Below the pieces are notes generated by a model that saw nothing but the letters and a program-made list of their open reading frames with translations, made no database searches and was not told where the DNA came from. Position numbers and translations under genes: made by a program. Positions 25,501 through 38,530 of a stretch of 55,413 nucleotides of DNA are shown in pieces (position 1 is the stretch's first letter; each line of letters begins with the position of its first letter). Where the stretch lies: contig NW_021834000.1 in NCBI RefSeq assembly GCF_006345805.1, forward strand, positions 1 to 55,413, written 5' to 3'. Origin of the DNA: Octopus sinensis. Taxonomy: Eukaryota.

Positions 25501-26044
25501 GCGAGTTGTGTTGTACTCATTTTTCTCATGTGAAATAATAACATCGAATAGACATCGAATAGATTTGAAATCGCCATTGACTAATCTACATATGTTTCTG
25601 GTTTGTTGTTTTCTCCCCTTTAGTTAGTCGACTGTGATTATGCTGGGGCTCCGTCATTAAAGAGCATAGTTAATCATACTGACTCCAGTACATGACACAT
25701 ACTTGTTTTATTATTAGGTTTGTAAAGATGAGGGGTTATACAGTTAACCTAAGTGGGACTCGAATTCAGAACCTAAAGGTTTGTTACTAAATATAAGCAT
25801 TACGTCCACCCTTCTTTCGATTTTGCCAGAGTACTATGAATATCATTTCTTTTAAAAATTGAATTGCGCTTGCGCGGTGAATTTTGAAAAATTATAACAT
25901 ATAATGATGAGACACGTATTATTTGTCTCTAAATTATATGTTAATTGTAAAGGCACGGTTACTGATGAAGATTCGCCTAGCAAATTATATATTTTTCCTA
26001 AAATAATCTGAAACCTAGGTATGACCGTAAAAAAATAACATGGT

Positions 26045-26271
26045 AAAAGTTTATATTTTTCATTCCCTTCGAAAATTGCTCTTAAAATGTGGTTTTGGTC
26101 GTTTTGACTGCTTCTTCTAGCGTGTAAAAATTACCTATTAAAGGTAGTTTTCTTTTGTGTTTAACTGTACACTATTATATATTGAGAAATTGTTGTCTAT
26201 TGACTTTTTATACATGCTAGGCCACTGGTTGTGAAATTTCTAAAAATATTCACCACCCTATATAATTTTAC
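26045..26271. repeat. Unclassified AT-rich interspersed repeat, copy 2
   Basis: Homologous to 18925-19140 (gaaaattgct...cttctagcgtgtaaaaa...gctaggccactggt.gtga.atttctaa). Confidence 0.8.
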
Positions 26272-26308
26272 ACACGCACACAAACACACACACACACACA
26301 CACATATA

Positions 26309-26535
26309 TCGGGTTGGTGCATAATTATTGCGGCTTTTTTCAACAAATTTTATTCAACAAAAACAATAACTATATTTAACAAAAACATCTTTAAATGACG
26401 GTCTGGCCGTCTGCCAAGCAAATGGGAAGCAGTAATTGAAGTAGATGATGAATATGCTCCAGAATAATTATTTAAAGATGTTTTTGTTACATGTTGTTAT
26501 TGCATTTGTTGAATAAATTTTGTTGAAAAAAATGA
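26309..26535 (+). mobile_element. Mariner-derived MITE
   Basis: TA + tcgggttggtgcataattattgcg left end; long internal inverted repeats; centre encodes LPSKWEAVIEVDDEYAPE*, like a mariner C-terminus; right end lost in (TG)n. Confidence 0.7.
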
Positions 26536-26624
26536 TGTATGTATGTGTGTGTGAGTGTGTGTGTGTGTGCGTGTGTGTGTATGTGTGTGTGTGTGTGTGT
26601 GCATGTGTGTGTATGTGTGTGTGT

Positions 26625-26842
26625 GTAGCCTTTGTGTCTGTGTTTGTTCTCCCACCGCTGCTTGACAGCCGGTGTTGGTGTGTTTATTTCCCCGGAATTT
26701 AGCGGTTCGGCCAAAAGAGAGCGATAGAATAAGTACTAAGGCTGCAAGGAAAATATGTACTGGGGACGATACGTTCGACTGAAAATTCTTCAAGATGGTG
26801 CCCCAGCATGGTCGCTGTCTAATGACTGAAACAAGTAAAAGA
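26625..26842 (+). mobile_element. SINE family A, 3' half
   Basis: cttgacagccggtgttggtgtgttt...ccagcatggtcgc...gactgaaacaagtaaaaga. Confidence 0.82.
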
Positions 26843-27104
26843 ATTTACGATAAAAGATACACACACGTACATTTCCGCTCACTTTTAAACACATTTCTTG
26901 TAAATGACGCAGGGCCCCAGTCTGTCTGTCTGACGGTCCCTCCTCTCCCAGTCATATGCATACATATATACGTACGTACCTACATATATATGCATACAAA
27001 TATATAATATATACACATACACACACACACATATTCCGGTGCAAATAGTTTTTATAAATATATATATATATATGAGTGTATATGTGTATATATATATATA
27101 TGTG

Positions 27105-27153
<49 letters not shown>

Positions 27154-27535
27154 TTATATATATATATACATACATACACCAGTGAGGAAAGTATATAAAG
27201 TAGGTAAGTATGTAAAGATGGCGGCAGCGTGCATCGCAGAGTAAATGAAATAGCCATTAGTAGGTGTCAACCGTCGTAATTACAGCATTAGATGTCATCC
27301 TTCACAGACTCGTACATATACAAACATCCATACGCAAACACACGCACGCACATGTATACGTACATACATGCACGCAACCACGCACACAATGTTTATATAC
27401 GTATACACACACACGCATATATATATATATATATACATACATACATATACATATTATATACAGATTTAAGAATGTGTATAAACGTATATTCATGCATGTA
27501 TATAAATATAAACTTACGTGCCCATATCCATCTAG

Positions 27536-27595
<60 letters not shown>

Positions 27596-27759
27596 ATACA
27601 TACAAATATATGTATATAAATTTTTATGTATACATACATATTTACATACATACATATATATATATATATGTATATAAGCATATATAAGCATATGTTCGTA
27701 TATGTATATATCTATACACGTTCACACTAATTGTCCCATCCCTCTCTCTCTGTCTGTAT

Positions 27760-27857
<98 letters not shown>

Positions 27858-28354
27858 AATTTATATATATGATTTATATGTATACTTGTATAAATCAGAT
27901 GAAACGAGTGATAAACGGGGAGATAAATAAGATAACTACATAGATATAGAGAAAGATATGCAATCTATGAGGTGAGGGGAAGAGCGGAATGAGCAATTAA
28001 GCTTAATCGACAACATTGGGAAGAAACCAGAGACGACGATGGTGGTGTTAGTGGTGGTGGTGATGAGACAGAGTGGTATTGGAGTGGGGAAAAATATGGA
28101 GGGGGGTAAAGGAGGGGGTGTAATAAATGCGATGAGAAAGAGATTAGGAATGAATGGTGAGTCGAGGACACTCCCTTTCGTTCTTAGTGACTGCGCTGCG
28201 CCCAAGATACACATACGTTAAACGCCATGCTTGCAATCTCATTGATATACATATCGAAAGAATACTCAGCTATAAAGAATACGGCGCGCGCACGCGTGCA
28301 CACACAGATGTGCATACATATATGTATATATATTTATATATATATATATGTATG

Positions 28355-28400
<46 letters not shown>

Positions 28401-28554
28401 ATATGTATGTATATATATATGTGTGTATGTAGATATATGTATATATATATATGTTGTATACATATTTATATATATGTATGTATGTATATATATATATATA
28501 TCTACCTTTCTATATCTATCTATCTATCTATCTATCTGTCTGTCTGTCTGTTTG

Positions 28555-28605
<51 letters not shown>

Positions 28606-28616
28606 GTCTCTCCTCC

Positions 28617-28670
<54 letters not shown>

Positions 28671-28929
28671 TCATATTCATATATATTCATATGTATATAC
28701 ATATGCATATATACGTACATACATACATATATACAAATAGAAACACAAACACATATATATATATATATATATACAAGTATATATATATATATATATATAT
28801 GTATACAAATGTATATATGTAAGTAGTATACATATATGTGTGTGCTTATGCATGTACGAATTCGCGTATATATGCGTGTATGTATGTATTTATGGTTTCA
28901 TATATGTATATCATACTTTTTATAATAAA

Positions 28930-29736
28930 CTAGCAGCATAGCCCGGCGTTGCCCGGGTATGTAAGAGCCCCCATTAGGCAACGACTAATCCCAATCTAGT
29001 CCTTTCCCTCTAGGGAACGAAGGCGCACGTGTAGGTTGCAATATCTTCTCTTCACTCCCAAATAACTATCAAACAGCTATCGATAATTCAACCCAACCAA
29101 TTCCTACCAGGAAAAAATTACATTCGAGACTTTACCCCCAACACCGCCACTTCTGCTAATAGCTGCTGCAGCCGCAAGTTATTCGAATACTTTTTTTGTT
29201 TACACTTTCTTTATAACTACCACCCCAAACGTTTTACCTTAAATTTTTGACGTACCCTAAGGGTCCTCGGACGCTACTTGCAAACTCTTGGTTTATTATA
29301 AACCGCTTTTGTCGTATGCACCAAAAAACCTTTTCCATTCGTTTGTTCTGTTTGGTCACTTTTGACTTTTTCGTTGTTGTCACTCACATTGCTGCCCGCT
29401 TTTTTGCCGTTTTTGTACATTGTTATACATTTTGGGATACTTACCCCACGTGTTCAGAGAGTTAAAAAGGTCGAGTTGCGTCCCCTAGACAGTCTGTAGA
29501 AAATGTGTTGCATATAAAAAGCTCAGATTCTCGACCCATTTCGAATTTATCGATTTTTTTTCAGAACTGGGGTAACTTTTAAAAATTTTCGCTGCGTTAG
29601 TTTTGAATTATGACATTGGGCTATGTGTGTGTCAAGTTTCATCAAAATCGGTTGAAAGCCGTGGTCAGGGTGAGGGTACAACCTGATAGCCACACAGACA
29701 CACAGACAGACAAACTGCCGTTTATATATAGAGAGA
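28930..29736 (-). mobile_element. Non-autonomous Helitron with canonical ends
   Basis: Minus strand A|TC 5' end, 3' CTAG|T, subterminal hairpin CCCGG-cgttgc-CCGGG at 28942-28957, (CTGT)n near the 5' end. Confidence 0.85.
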
Positions 29737-30099
29737 TATTGATAATTATTGACAATGTACTTTGAGGCTTTTTTTATGTTGCCACATCCAAACAAATGTG
29801 TTTGTACGCATATAGATGCATACACACACACACACATTTAGATATATGCATTCAGTAATCAAACAAATGTCCTCTGATGGAGAAAGAAACTCGATTTAAG
29901 AGACAGTCACTTTCCATCTTCTTACAAGTATAGAAGAGTCAGCTCATGTTACTGGCAGCTTCTAATACCTCAATGCCGTTTCCTCAGACTTCGTTATCTG
30001 GTACAATGCAAGTATCAGACAAAGTTTGGTCCCGTACACGTGGCCGACATCTTTTCTGGTACTTATCTATGTTAAATATGTGATCTTATGTTAGAAATG

Positions 30100-30590
30100 T
30101 CAGAGCTAGCAGAATCACTGCCGGACAATATGCTAAACAGCTTTTCTTCTGGCTTTACGTTCTGAGTTCAGAGTTATAAATCACTATAATATGTCTAACT
30201 TAGCCTCATATATCTAACATAGATAAGTACCAGAAAAAAAGCTGGTCATATGTGAAGGACGAACTTTTGTCCGATACATGTATTGTACGAGTTAAACTTG
30301 CCATTCATCCATTCGGGATCGATAAAATAAGTACCAGTCAAGCACCGGGGTGGATGATATCGACTTTCTCTTTCCCTTAAAATTACTGGCCTTGAGCTAA
30401 GATTTGTAACCGTTATTATAGTATTTTATGACAGCGGGGAAATGGCAGAATATTTGGGAGGTCGGAAAATTTTTCGTAGTCTCTCATCTTGTTCCTCACG
30501 TTCTGAGTCCAAATCTTGCCTTATTCAACTTTGTTTTCATCCCTCCAGGGTCAATAAAATAAAATACAAATATAGTAGTAGGCCCGATGT
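30100..30590 (+). mobile_element. Cluster of diverged SINE family B fragments
   Basis: acgttctgagt.ca and gataaaataagtaccag motifs recur. Confidence 0.6.
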
Positions 30591-30681
30591 TGTTGACTAA
30601 CCCTATCTCATTCCTCTCAAAAACTGTTCGTCTTGTACTTTGTAAATCGGAAGCAATTATAATAGTGTTATACAAATTATT

Positions 30682-30864
30682 TAGGAGTAGCTGTGTGGTA
30701 AGAAGCTTGCTTCCCAAACATATAGTTCCGGGTTCAGCCCCACTGCGTGATACTTTAGACAAGTGTCTTCTACTATAGCTTCGGGTCGACCAAAGTCTTG
30801 TGAGCGGATCTGGTAGATGGAAACTGAAAGAAGTCCGTCGTATATAGATATATGTATATATCTA

Positions 30865-30897
<33 letters not shown>

Positions 30898-31105
30898 CTT
30901 TGTGTCTGTGTTTGTTCCCACCCATCATCACTTGACAACCGGTGTTCGTGTGTTTACGTCCCCCGTATCTTTGCGGTTCGGCAAAGAGAGCGATAAAATA
31001 AGTACAAGGCTTTAAAAATAAGTACTGGGGTCGATTCATTCGACTAAAATGTCAAGACAGTGCTCCAGAATGACCGCAGTCTGATGACTGAAACAGGTAA
31101 AAGGA
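30682..31105 (+). mobile_element. SINE family A, full length
   Basis: Consensus match. Confidence 0.9.
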
Positions 31106-32040
31106 AGAAGCTAAAAATGGACGTCTCTAGATAGATATTCTTGGAAATGAAATGAGACTGTGTAATGAACGTGTTTTTGTTTACAACATTATTATCAATG
31201 TCTTCGTAATTTTAATTTAATGTAATTATTCTGTGAACGTGCAAATCCATCAAAAAACGATGTACCTTAACAAAACAAAAGAACGTTATTCCATTACTTG
31301 CATCCATTGACCTAAAACAAAAAAGGTAGAACAATGCTGGACGAAACACCGATATCTGAGTAGGTTACACAGATAATTGTAAAGCCGCAATGAAGCTATC
31401 AAATGATAAACATCAAAAGCGCTGACGTAGAGTGTTACGTAATGTAATACTTAAAAATACTACAGTAACATCAAGTATTATGTCATTCGCTAACTGTGGA
31501 AGGGTAGTTTTATTTACGTATTAATCAACAGTTTCACATACCCATACACACATATACACACACACACGTGCGCATACACATACCGACACCTACAAATTAA
31601 TATAAAATTATTTACCGTGATTCGGTATCATTTTTAATGGTGACTGATCCCCAAGTGAAAATATTAGGGGACTGGGCCCCGTTTCTCACGGGTATTGCAT
31701 AAAAGATACTATCATTGATATGGTAGCCCAGTAATGACACAAATTTTAATTTAACCCCCGCAGAACATTTTAGAGAAAATAAAAACATTTTCGTGCACTT
31801 CATGCTTAAAGCAAAACAAAAAAAAAAAAGTATTAAAATGTTATTTCTATTTTTTAGCTTATAAATATAACTTAGACCACAGAAACTTATTTCTCCAGCC
31901 ACTATACAAAGAATTACAATTTGTATTTAAAATTTCAGATTGTATTTTAACTTTAAATATATAATCTAAATCTAACGGTTATGCTCCAGCATAACCGCTA
32001 CTCTCTAGCTAAAACTATTAAAAAATAATATATGTTATGT

Positions 32041-32441
32041 ATTCTTTTATCTTTTTATTCGTTTCACTCATTTGACTGCGGTCATGCTGGAGCACAACCT
32101 TAAAGGTTTCTTTAGTCGAAGAAATCGACCTAAGGCCTATAGTACATATTCTATCAGTCTCTTTTGCCTAGCCGCTAAGTTACAGGGACGTAAATATACC
32201 AACATCGGTTGTCATGCGATGGTGAGGGGAACAACATAGACACAAAAACACACCTATATAAATACACACAGATATAAATATATATATGACGGGCTTCTTA
32301 CAGTTTCCGTCTACCAAATCCACTCACAAGGTTTTGGTCGGCCGAAGGCTATAGTAGAAGACACTTACCTACGGTGTCACGCAGTGGGACTGAACCCGGA
32401 ACCATGTGCTTGGGAAGCAAGCTTCTTACCACATAACCACG
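32041..32441 (-). mobile_element. SINE family A, full length
   Basis: Reverse complement of the consensus. Confidence 0.9.
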
Positions 32442-32463
32442 ACTTATTGCACATATATATATG

Positions 32464-32505
<42 letters not shown>

Positions 32506-32514
32506 ACCTCATGT

Positions 32515-32705
32515 GTACCGTTGGCGATTTTTTTCCTCTGTCTTCCCTTCTGTGGATCTTTCCTTCTCCTATGTTTCCGACGAAGAGCTCCGCTCGAAAC
32601 GTTAAACCCTCCTTCTTTCCTTCTTTTCTGAGCGTCCAATAATACTATATTTGTTCCACGTCCTCGCGTTGTGTTTTTTTGTGCTTTCTTGTTTGGATTA
32701 ATTTT
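32515..32705 (+). mobile_element. Penelope-like pseudo-LTR fragment
   Basis: Solo ~190 bp between TA tracts, carries a hammerhead-like core; related to 13620 and 42500. Confidence 0.6.
32573..32607 (+). ncRNA. Minimal type-I hammerhead ribozyme-like motif (U4C, extra A after A9)
   Basis: GTTT-CCGACGA-A-GAGC/tcc/GCTC-GAAA-C-G-U-U-AAAC. Confidence 0.6.
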
Positions 32706-33022
32706 ATATATTATATACATTATATATATAATTATATATCAGGACAAGTGCCTCCAACTTAGCTCAGAACGTCCCCTATGTTCGTCACTAAGGAAACCAG
32801 ATCAGGTTTAAACACCATGCAGGGCAATCCCCGTATTTTAGCACACAAGTCTCTCTGAGTAGTTTCTCTGGGGGCAAAATATTGCACGTAGAGCCGTTCC
32901 TGTTTGTATGTACATAATAATGGTTGTACAACTGATATTTTATTCTAAAACTGTTTTTATTTCATATAGTAATTTCATAATTACATTACTCTTGCAGTTC
33001 ACTTAGTCTCATCTCGCAGTAA

Positions 33023-33328
33023 TTGTTGTTTGTTCCTTCTCAAGCCATGCCTGGCTCATAATGCCGGTTTCCCGGTTTCCTTGGCGTATAGGTTCCCCAC
33101 CTGGACGGGATGCCGGTCCGTCGCGTGTGAGCTGCAAGATGCAGGAGGAAAGAGTGAGAGAAAGTTGTGGTGAAAGAGTCAGCAGAAGTTTGTCATTAAC
33201 TTCTGCCGGAGCCGCGTGGAGCTTAATTGTTTCTCTCATAAACACACACATCGCCCGGTCTGATATTCGCACCCGCGATCCCTCGACCGCGAGTCCGCTG
33301 CTCTAACCACTAGGCCATGTGCCTCCAC
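33023..33328 (-). mobile_element. tRNA-derived SINE family D with 9-bp TSD
   Basis: Head gtggaggcacatggcctagtggttagagc; TSD tctcgcagt at 33012-33020 and 33329-33337. Confidence 0.92.
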
Positions 33329-33394
33329 TCTCGCAGTTATAGACACTACTAAATTCTGCGAGATAGTTTAGCTAACAATGTTTTCCTTTATCTT

Positions 33395-33726
33395 GCACTG
33401 TATCTTTGACTGCGGTCAAGGCTGGGAGGTTTAGTAGAACGGATTGGACTGTTTTGTCGAAACTACTAAGTTATGGAGACATAAACAAACCAACACTGGT
33501 TGCTAAGCTTTCGTGACTGGGAGACATATATAAACACAAACACACACACACACACGCGCGCGCGCATATACGATGGGCTTCCACACAGTTTCTGTCTACC
33601 AAATTTACTTACAAGGAATTAGTCAGCCCGGAGCTATAGTAGAAGACACTTGCCACAGATGTCACGCAGTGGGACTGAACCTAAAAACCACACGTTTCCA
33701 AAATGGACTGTTTAACCACACGGCAA
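33395..33726 (-). mobile_element. Diverged SINE family A
   Basis: atagtagaagacacttgcc...cacgcagtgggactgaacc. Confidence 0.75.
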
Positions 33727-34818
33727 TGCTTTCTCTTTCGTACATACATACACACACTGGTTCTAAACTGAAGCACGAGACTGCGGACACATTTAAAAAA
33801 GGACAGCAATATATACTTTGATTTAATCGATTCCAGTATTCACAAATACTTATTTTATGAAAGCCGCTGCACAAACAATGAAAGCAAGTTCTGTAACTTA
33901 GAACTTGACCGGATATAACCAGATACTGTCCGTAAACATATAATTCAAGACTCTAGCGATTCACCTCCTTAACGATCAAGGTGTAATAAACGAGGTGGTT
34001 CCTTTCATACATATATCTTATGTAAGGATTTTTTTATTCTTTAATCAATCAAAATACAGCAAAAGGAGACCCGATATTCTTTCTCCCGCCATATCGTTTC
34101 CGGTGATCAACTATCCATAAGTTTTCCACCATCTTCTTTGTCCATCGAGAAAAAAGGTTGAGCTGTCCATGCATGTAATTATATACACACACATGTATGT
34201 ATGTATATATATATATATATATATATATGCATGAAGCAAGTAGAAGACCAAAGACGATCAACGAAGCTTACGGCTGCGGTTAAGTTCTGCGAGCCAGATT
34301 TCGATTTCCGGTTGGGTATATTTAAACTATTTAATTTCACCTCACATCACTTCACATCATCACGAACGACCGTTAACAAATAAAATAAAAACAAAAAAAC
34401 AAAAAAATAAAATAACTGGAAAACATACAAAAATGAGTAAATACACAAATAAAAACAAAATACACAAAAAACAATTCTTGTTTCCACGCTACCGAAATTT
34501 CAGAAGATTTCAGCTTCCTGACAATGTAGATAAAGGTAAAGAAGAAAAAAAAAAATTCTTCGTATTTCGTATCTTCTCTTAAATACCAATACTACAAAAG
34601 TAATAGCAAGCTAGCTTAAGAAATGGATATAGTTCTTAAGGAGAGACTCATGTGTAGCCTGCCTGTAATTGCATCTAGTAAATAGCAAATATCCATTTCA
34701 AAGGGTCCTTTGCCTTTGGTCCGCGAAGTTCTTATCTTTTGTGTCCGATGTTCTCTCTCTCTCTCTCATCTCTGTTTGTCTGTCTGCTTGTGTCTATCTA
34801 TCTATCTATCTATCTATC

Positions 34819-34857
<39 letters not shown>

Positions 34858-35219
34858 GTCTGTCACTATTTCTGACACTTCTCTCTCTCTCCTCTCGCTC
34901 TCTCTGCCTCTCTCTCTCCTCTCGCTCTCTCTGCCTCTCTCTCTCTCCTCTCGCTCTCTCTGCCTCTCTCTCTCTCTCTGTTTGAGCCTATTCATATCAC
35001 TGTTATCTTTGCATTCAGACACCCGTTTTAGTCTTTTCGTCAGGAAGATTCGTACACAAACACATCTTACACTGTAAATACAAGCGAACACTCACACTGA
35101 CAACCCCAACACCCACACACAGGCGCAAGCAGGCACACACACGCACATACGCGCAGAAACTTACGTACTTTGAGAGATAACTAAGTAAAGAACTATGCAA
35201 GTGTGTATGGGTTCGCGAT

Positions 35220-35291
<72 letters not shown>

Positions 35292-36098
35292 TATATACAT
35301 ATGATATACACAGAGCGACACATACATATAAACACATGCACACACACACACTTACATACACAAACAGAGGCAAATAAACATGCGCACATGCTGGATAAAA
35401 TTGAATTTGCGGTCTTTTTAAATGTCCTCCTGTCTAGTTTATATCCTTTAATTTATGTTTCACTCTTTTCCTTTGTTTTTTTTTGTTTTTGTTTTGTCCT
35501 TTGAGGGCTGATGAGGAGATTGGGACCCTTTGTCTTTTTTATGATCTGTCTGTGTGTCGCCTGTGTTATATTGTTATTAGCGTGTCCGTGGGTCTTTTTG
35601 CGTGGTTATATTGCGATTGTTTCCGCTCTCACTAAGAAGCAGACCACTTGTAAAAATAAAAGAGAAAACAAACAAGACACAAAAGAACAATAACAACAAC
35701 AACAACACCCACACAAACAAAAGGCAAGTAAATGAAGGAATTGCTCCTGATATGTATTATTACAAAGGGACAAGTATCTTGACGAACTCAATACGAGGAA
35801 GTGTGTTACAAGTTCAAAACTCAGGGGCTGACATTTACGACTTCCGGTGTCTTTAATGACTTGCGTAGGCACACACGCTTTTCAACACACAATGTAAGCC
35901 TCATGTGTACGTGTGTGTATGTGTGTGGGGTTTTATACATATATATATGTGTGTGTGTATGTATGTATGAATATATACATATATTCATACATACACACAC
36001 ACACATACACGCATATATATATATAACCCCCTCCCCCATATATGTATACGTGCGCGCACACCTTCGGGAATATAGATACACCAACACACACACACACA

Positions 36099-36129
<31 letters not shown>

Positions 36130-36325
36130 CATATGTATGTATGTATGTATGTTTGTATGTATGTATGTATATGTAAGTCATTCATAACTGAATATTAGGC
36201 ACAATACTCAACACTTCGCTCCAAAGGATATCTAGATTGAGTTCTAACAACTGTTTATTAGTATAGCTATGCCTAAGCAAAAATTATGTTATATATTATG
36301 TGTGCATATATATATGCACACATAT

Positions 36326-36656
36326 ATGAGACTGCTCGGTGGTTAGAGCGTCGAGCTTACTATCGTGAGGTGTGAGTTTGAATCCCGGACCGGGCTGTGT
36401 GTTGTGTTCTTGAGCAAGACACTTTATTTTACGTTGCTCCAGTTCATTCAGCTGTAGAAATGAGTTGCGACGTCACAGGTGCCAAGCTGTATCGGCCTTT
36501 GCTTTTCCCTTGGATAACACTGTTGGCGTGGAGTGGGGATGCCAGTATGCATGGGTGACTGCTGTTCCTCCATAAACAACCTTGCCCGGTATTGTGCCTG
36601 GGAGAGTAACTTTCTAGGTGCAATCCCATGGTCAGTCATGACCGAAGGGGGTGTCA
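36326..36656 (+). mobile_element. tRNA-derived SINE family C
   Basis: A-box-like ggtggttagagcg, B-box-like gtttgaatccc, body gttcttgagcaagacactt. Confidence 0.9.
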
Positions 36657-36684
36657 GCATATATATATATATATATATATATAT

Positions 36685-37082
36685 GGCGCAGGAGTGGCTG
36701 TGTGGTAAGTAGCCTTGTTTACCAACAACATGGTTCCGGGTTCAGTCCCACTGCGTGGCACCTTGGGCAAGTGTCTTCTACTATAGCCCCGGGCCGACCA
36801 AAGCCTTGTGAGTGGATTTGGTAGACGGAAACTGAAAGAAGCCCGTCGTATATATGTATATATATATGCGTGTGTGTGTTTGTGTGTCTGTGCTTGTCCC
36901 CCTAGCATTGCTTGACAACCAATGCTGGTGTGTTTATGTCCCCGTTACTTAGCGGTTCGGCAAAAGAGACCGATAGAATAAGTACTGGGCTTACAAAAGA
37001 ATAAGTTCCGGGATCGAGTTTCTCGATTAAAGGCGGTGCTCCAGCATGACCGCAGTCAAATGACTGAAACAAGTAAAAGAGT
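36685..37082 (+). mobile_element. SINE family A, full length
   Basis: Near-consensus copy. Confidence 0.92.
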
Positions 37083-37225
37083 AAAATATATATATAAATA
37101 TATATATATATATATGCTTGTGCTATCTCTTCATTATCAATTAGTAATTATTTATCTTTATGTTTTTGTACGCATGCTAAACTACTGATAGTGTTGTAAA
37201 CAATATCCTAATATTATATATATAT

Positions 37226-37282
<57 letters not shown>

Positions 37283-37839
37283 CACAAAATGTAAGCCGCA
37301 GTTTGCAATGTTTCGCCAAATAGGTGAATTATAATTGTCACTAAATGTGACTATGGTGATAAAAAAAAGCATCTACATTGCTAGAAATAAAAGCTAAAAG
37401 GTTCTAATGCTGTGGTTAACGCACATGAACGAAAACATCTACACTAACAGGGACCATAATTGTCCGAAAAATACTGATCGCGAATTCTTATGACTGACGC
37501 GTCAGTGTCGACAATTTCCGTTGCTATTTTTTCGAAAAAAATGTTATCAATGGGCAGCATATTAAAAAATACCTTTAAAGGATAAATTTATAAGCAACTT
37601 AGAAACAAGAGCAAAAGAAAAAAATTTCTAATTTTATCCTATATTAGATATAAATTTAATAGTGTTCAATTCCGGACTCTCTCACTCTATGAGAGTTTTC
37701 AGTTCGAATCGCACGTGTCTCGAATGGTCTGGAGAATTTCTATTTTGGATATATTTGTGGTACTTAATTGTGCTCATGACTTAGTGTTTGCTTCTTCCAT
37801 GGGTATGAGTAAGTATTTCATTTATTTCTTTTACCGCAT

Positions 37840-37900
37840 TTATCCCTGACGAAGAGAAGGTTCTTATGAATTAACTCTGAAATCGGGTCCGATATGATAA
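37840..37900 (+). ncRNA. Type-I hammerhead ribozyme motif
   Basis: ttatcc-CTGACGA-AGAG..CTCT-GAAA-TCGG/gt/CCGA-U-A-tgataa; one mismatch at the base of stem I. Confidence 0.7.
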
Positions 37901-38039
37901 TAACGGATTTTTTTAGAAATTTCTGTCGGCTTTCTTCGAGACGCGTGCTTATAGTGATGAATTATATGGTTATGGACGATGTGTCTAGTTTCGGCATATT
38001 TGGCATTAGAATTTTTTTTCTTTTGCGCTTGTTTATAAG

Positions 38040-38106
<67 letters not shown>

Positions 38107-38207
38107 AAATTAGAGACAAAACCACTATTATGCAAATCAAACAAAGAAAGACTTAAGCCAATACATAAAATATAAAATAATTTATATAAATTAAAATTTA
38201 AATGAAT

Positions 38208-38259
38208 AACCACTACGATCGTTTCGTGTCAGCACATCTTAGACATTCCTCAGGTGGTT
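38208..38259 (-). ncRNA. Minimal type-I hammerhead ribozyme
   Basis: AACCAC-CTGAGGA-aTGTC..GACAc-GAAA-C-gatc-G-U-A-GTGGTT. Confidence 0.8.
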
Positions 38260-38530
38260 TCTAAACCTAAAATATAAAATATAATCAATATTTTACGATA
38301 TAAATATCTATATAATCTAAATAAACTCTATTATTAAATATGATTATATCGAAATCGACTATAATGTTAAATATTATAAATTAAAAGTTAAATTATAAAT
38401 TATAAATTAAAGTTAATATTTAACATTATAGTCGATTTCGATATAATCATATTTAATAATAGAGTTTATTTAGATTATATAGATATTTATATCGTAAAAT
38501 ATTGATTATATTTTATATTTTAGGTTTAGA

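Noticed and set aside
33250-33328. tRNA gene candidates at SINE heads (also 36326, 39130-39206, 46120-46192)
   Set aside because: A/B boxes are present, but they continue into SINE bodies with TSDs and lack a full cloverleaf
35500-35535. CTGATGAGGAG half-core (similar halves at 3075 minus, 21790 and 25965)
   Set aside because: No GAAA or stem partner downstream
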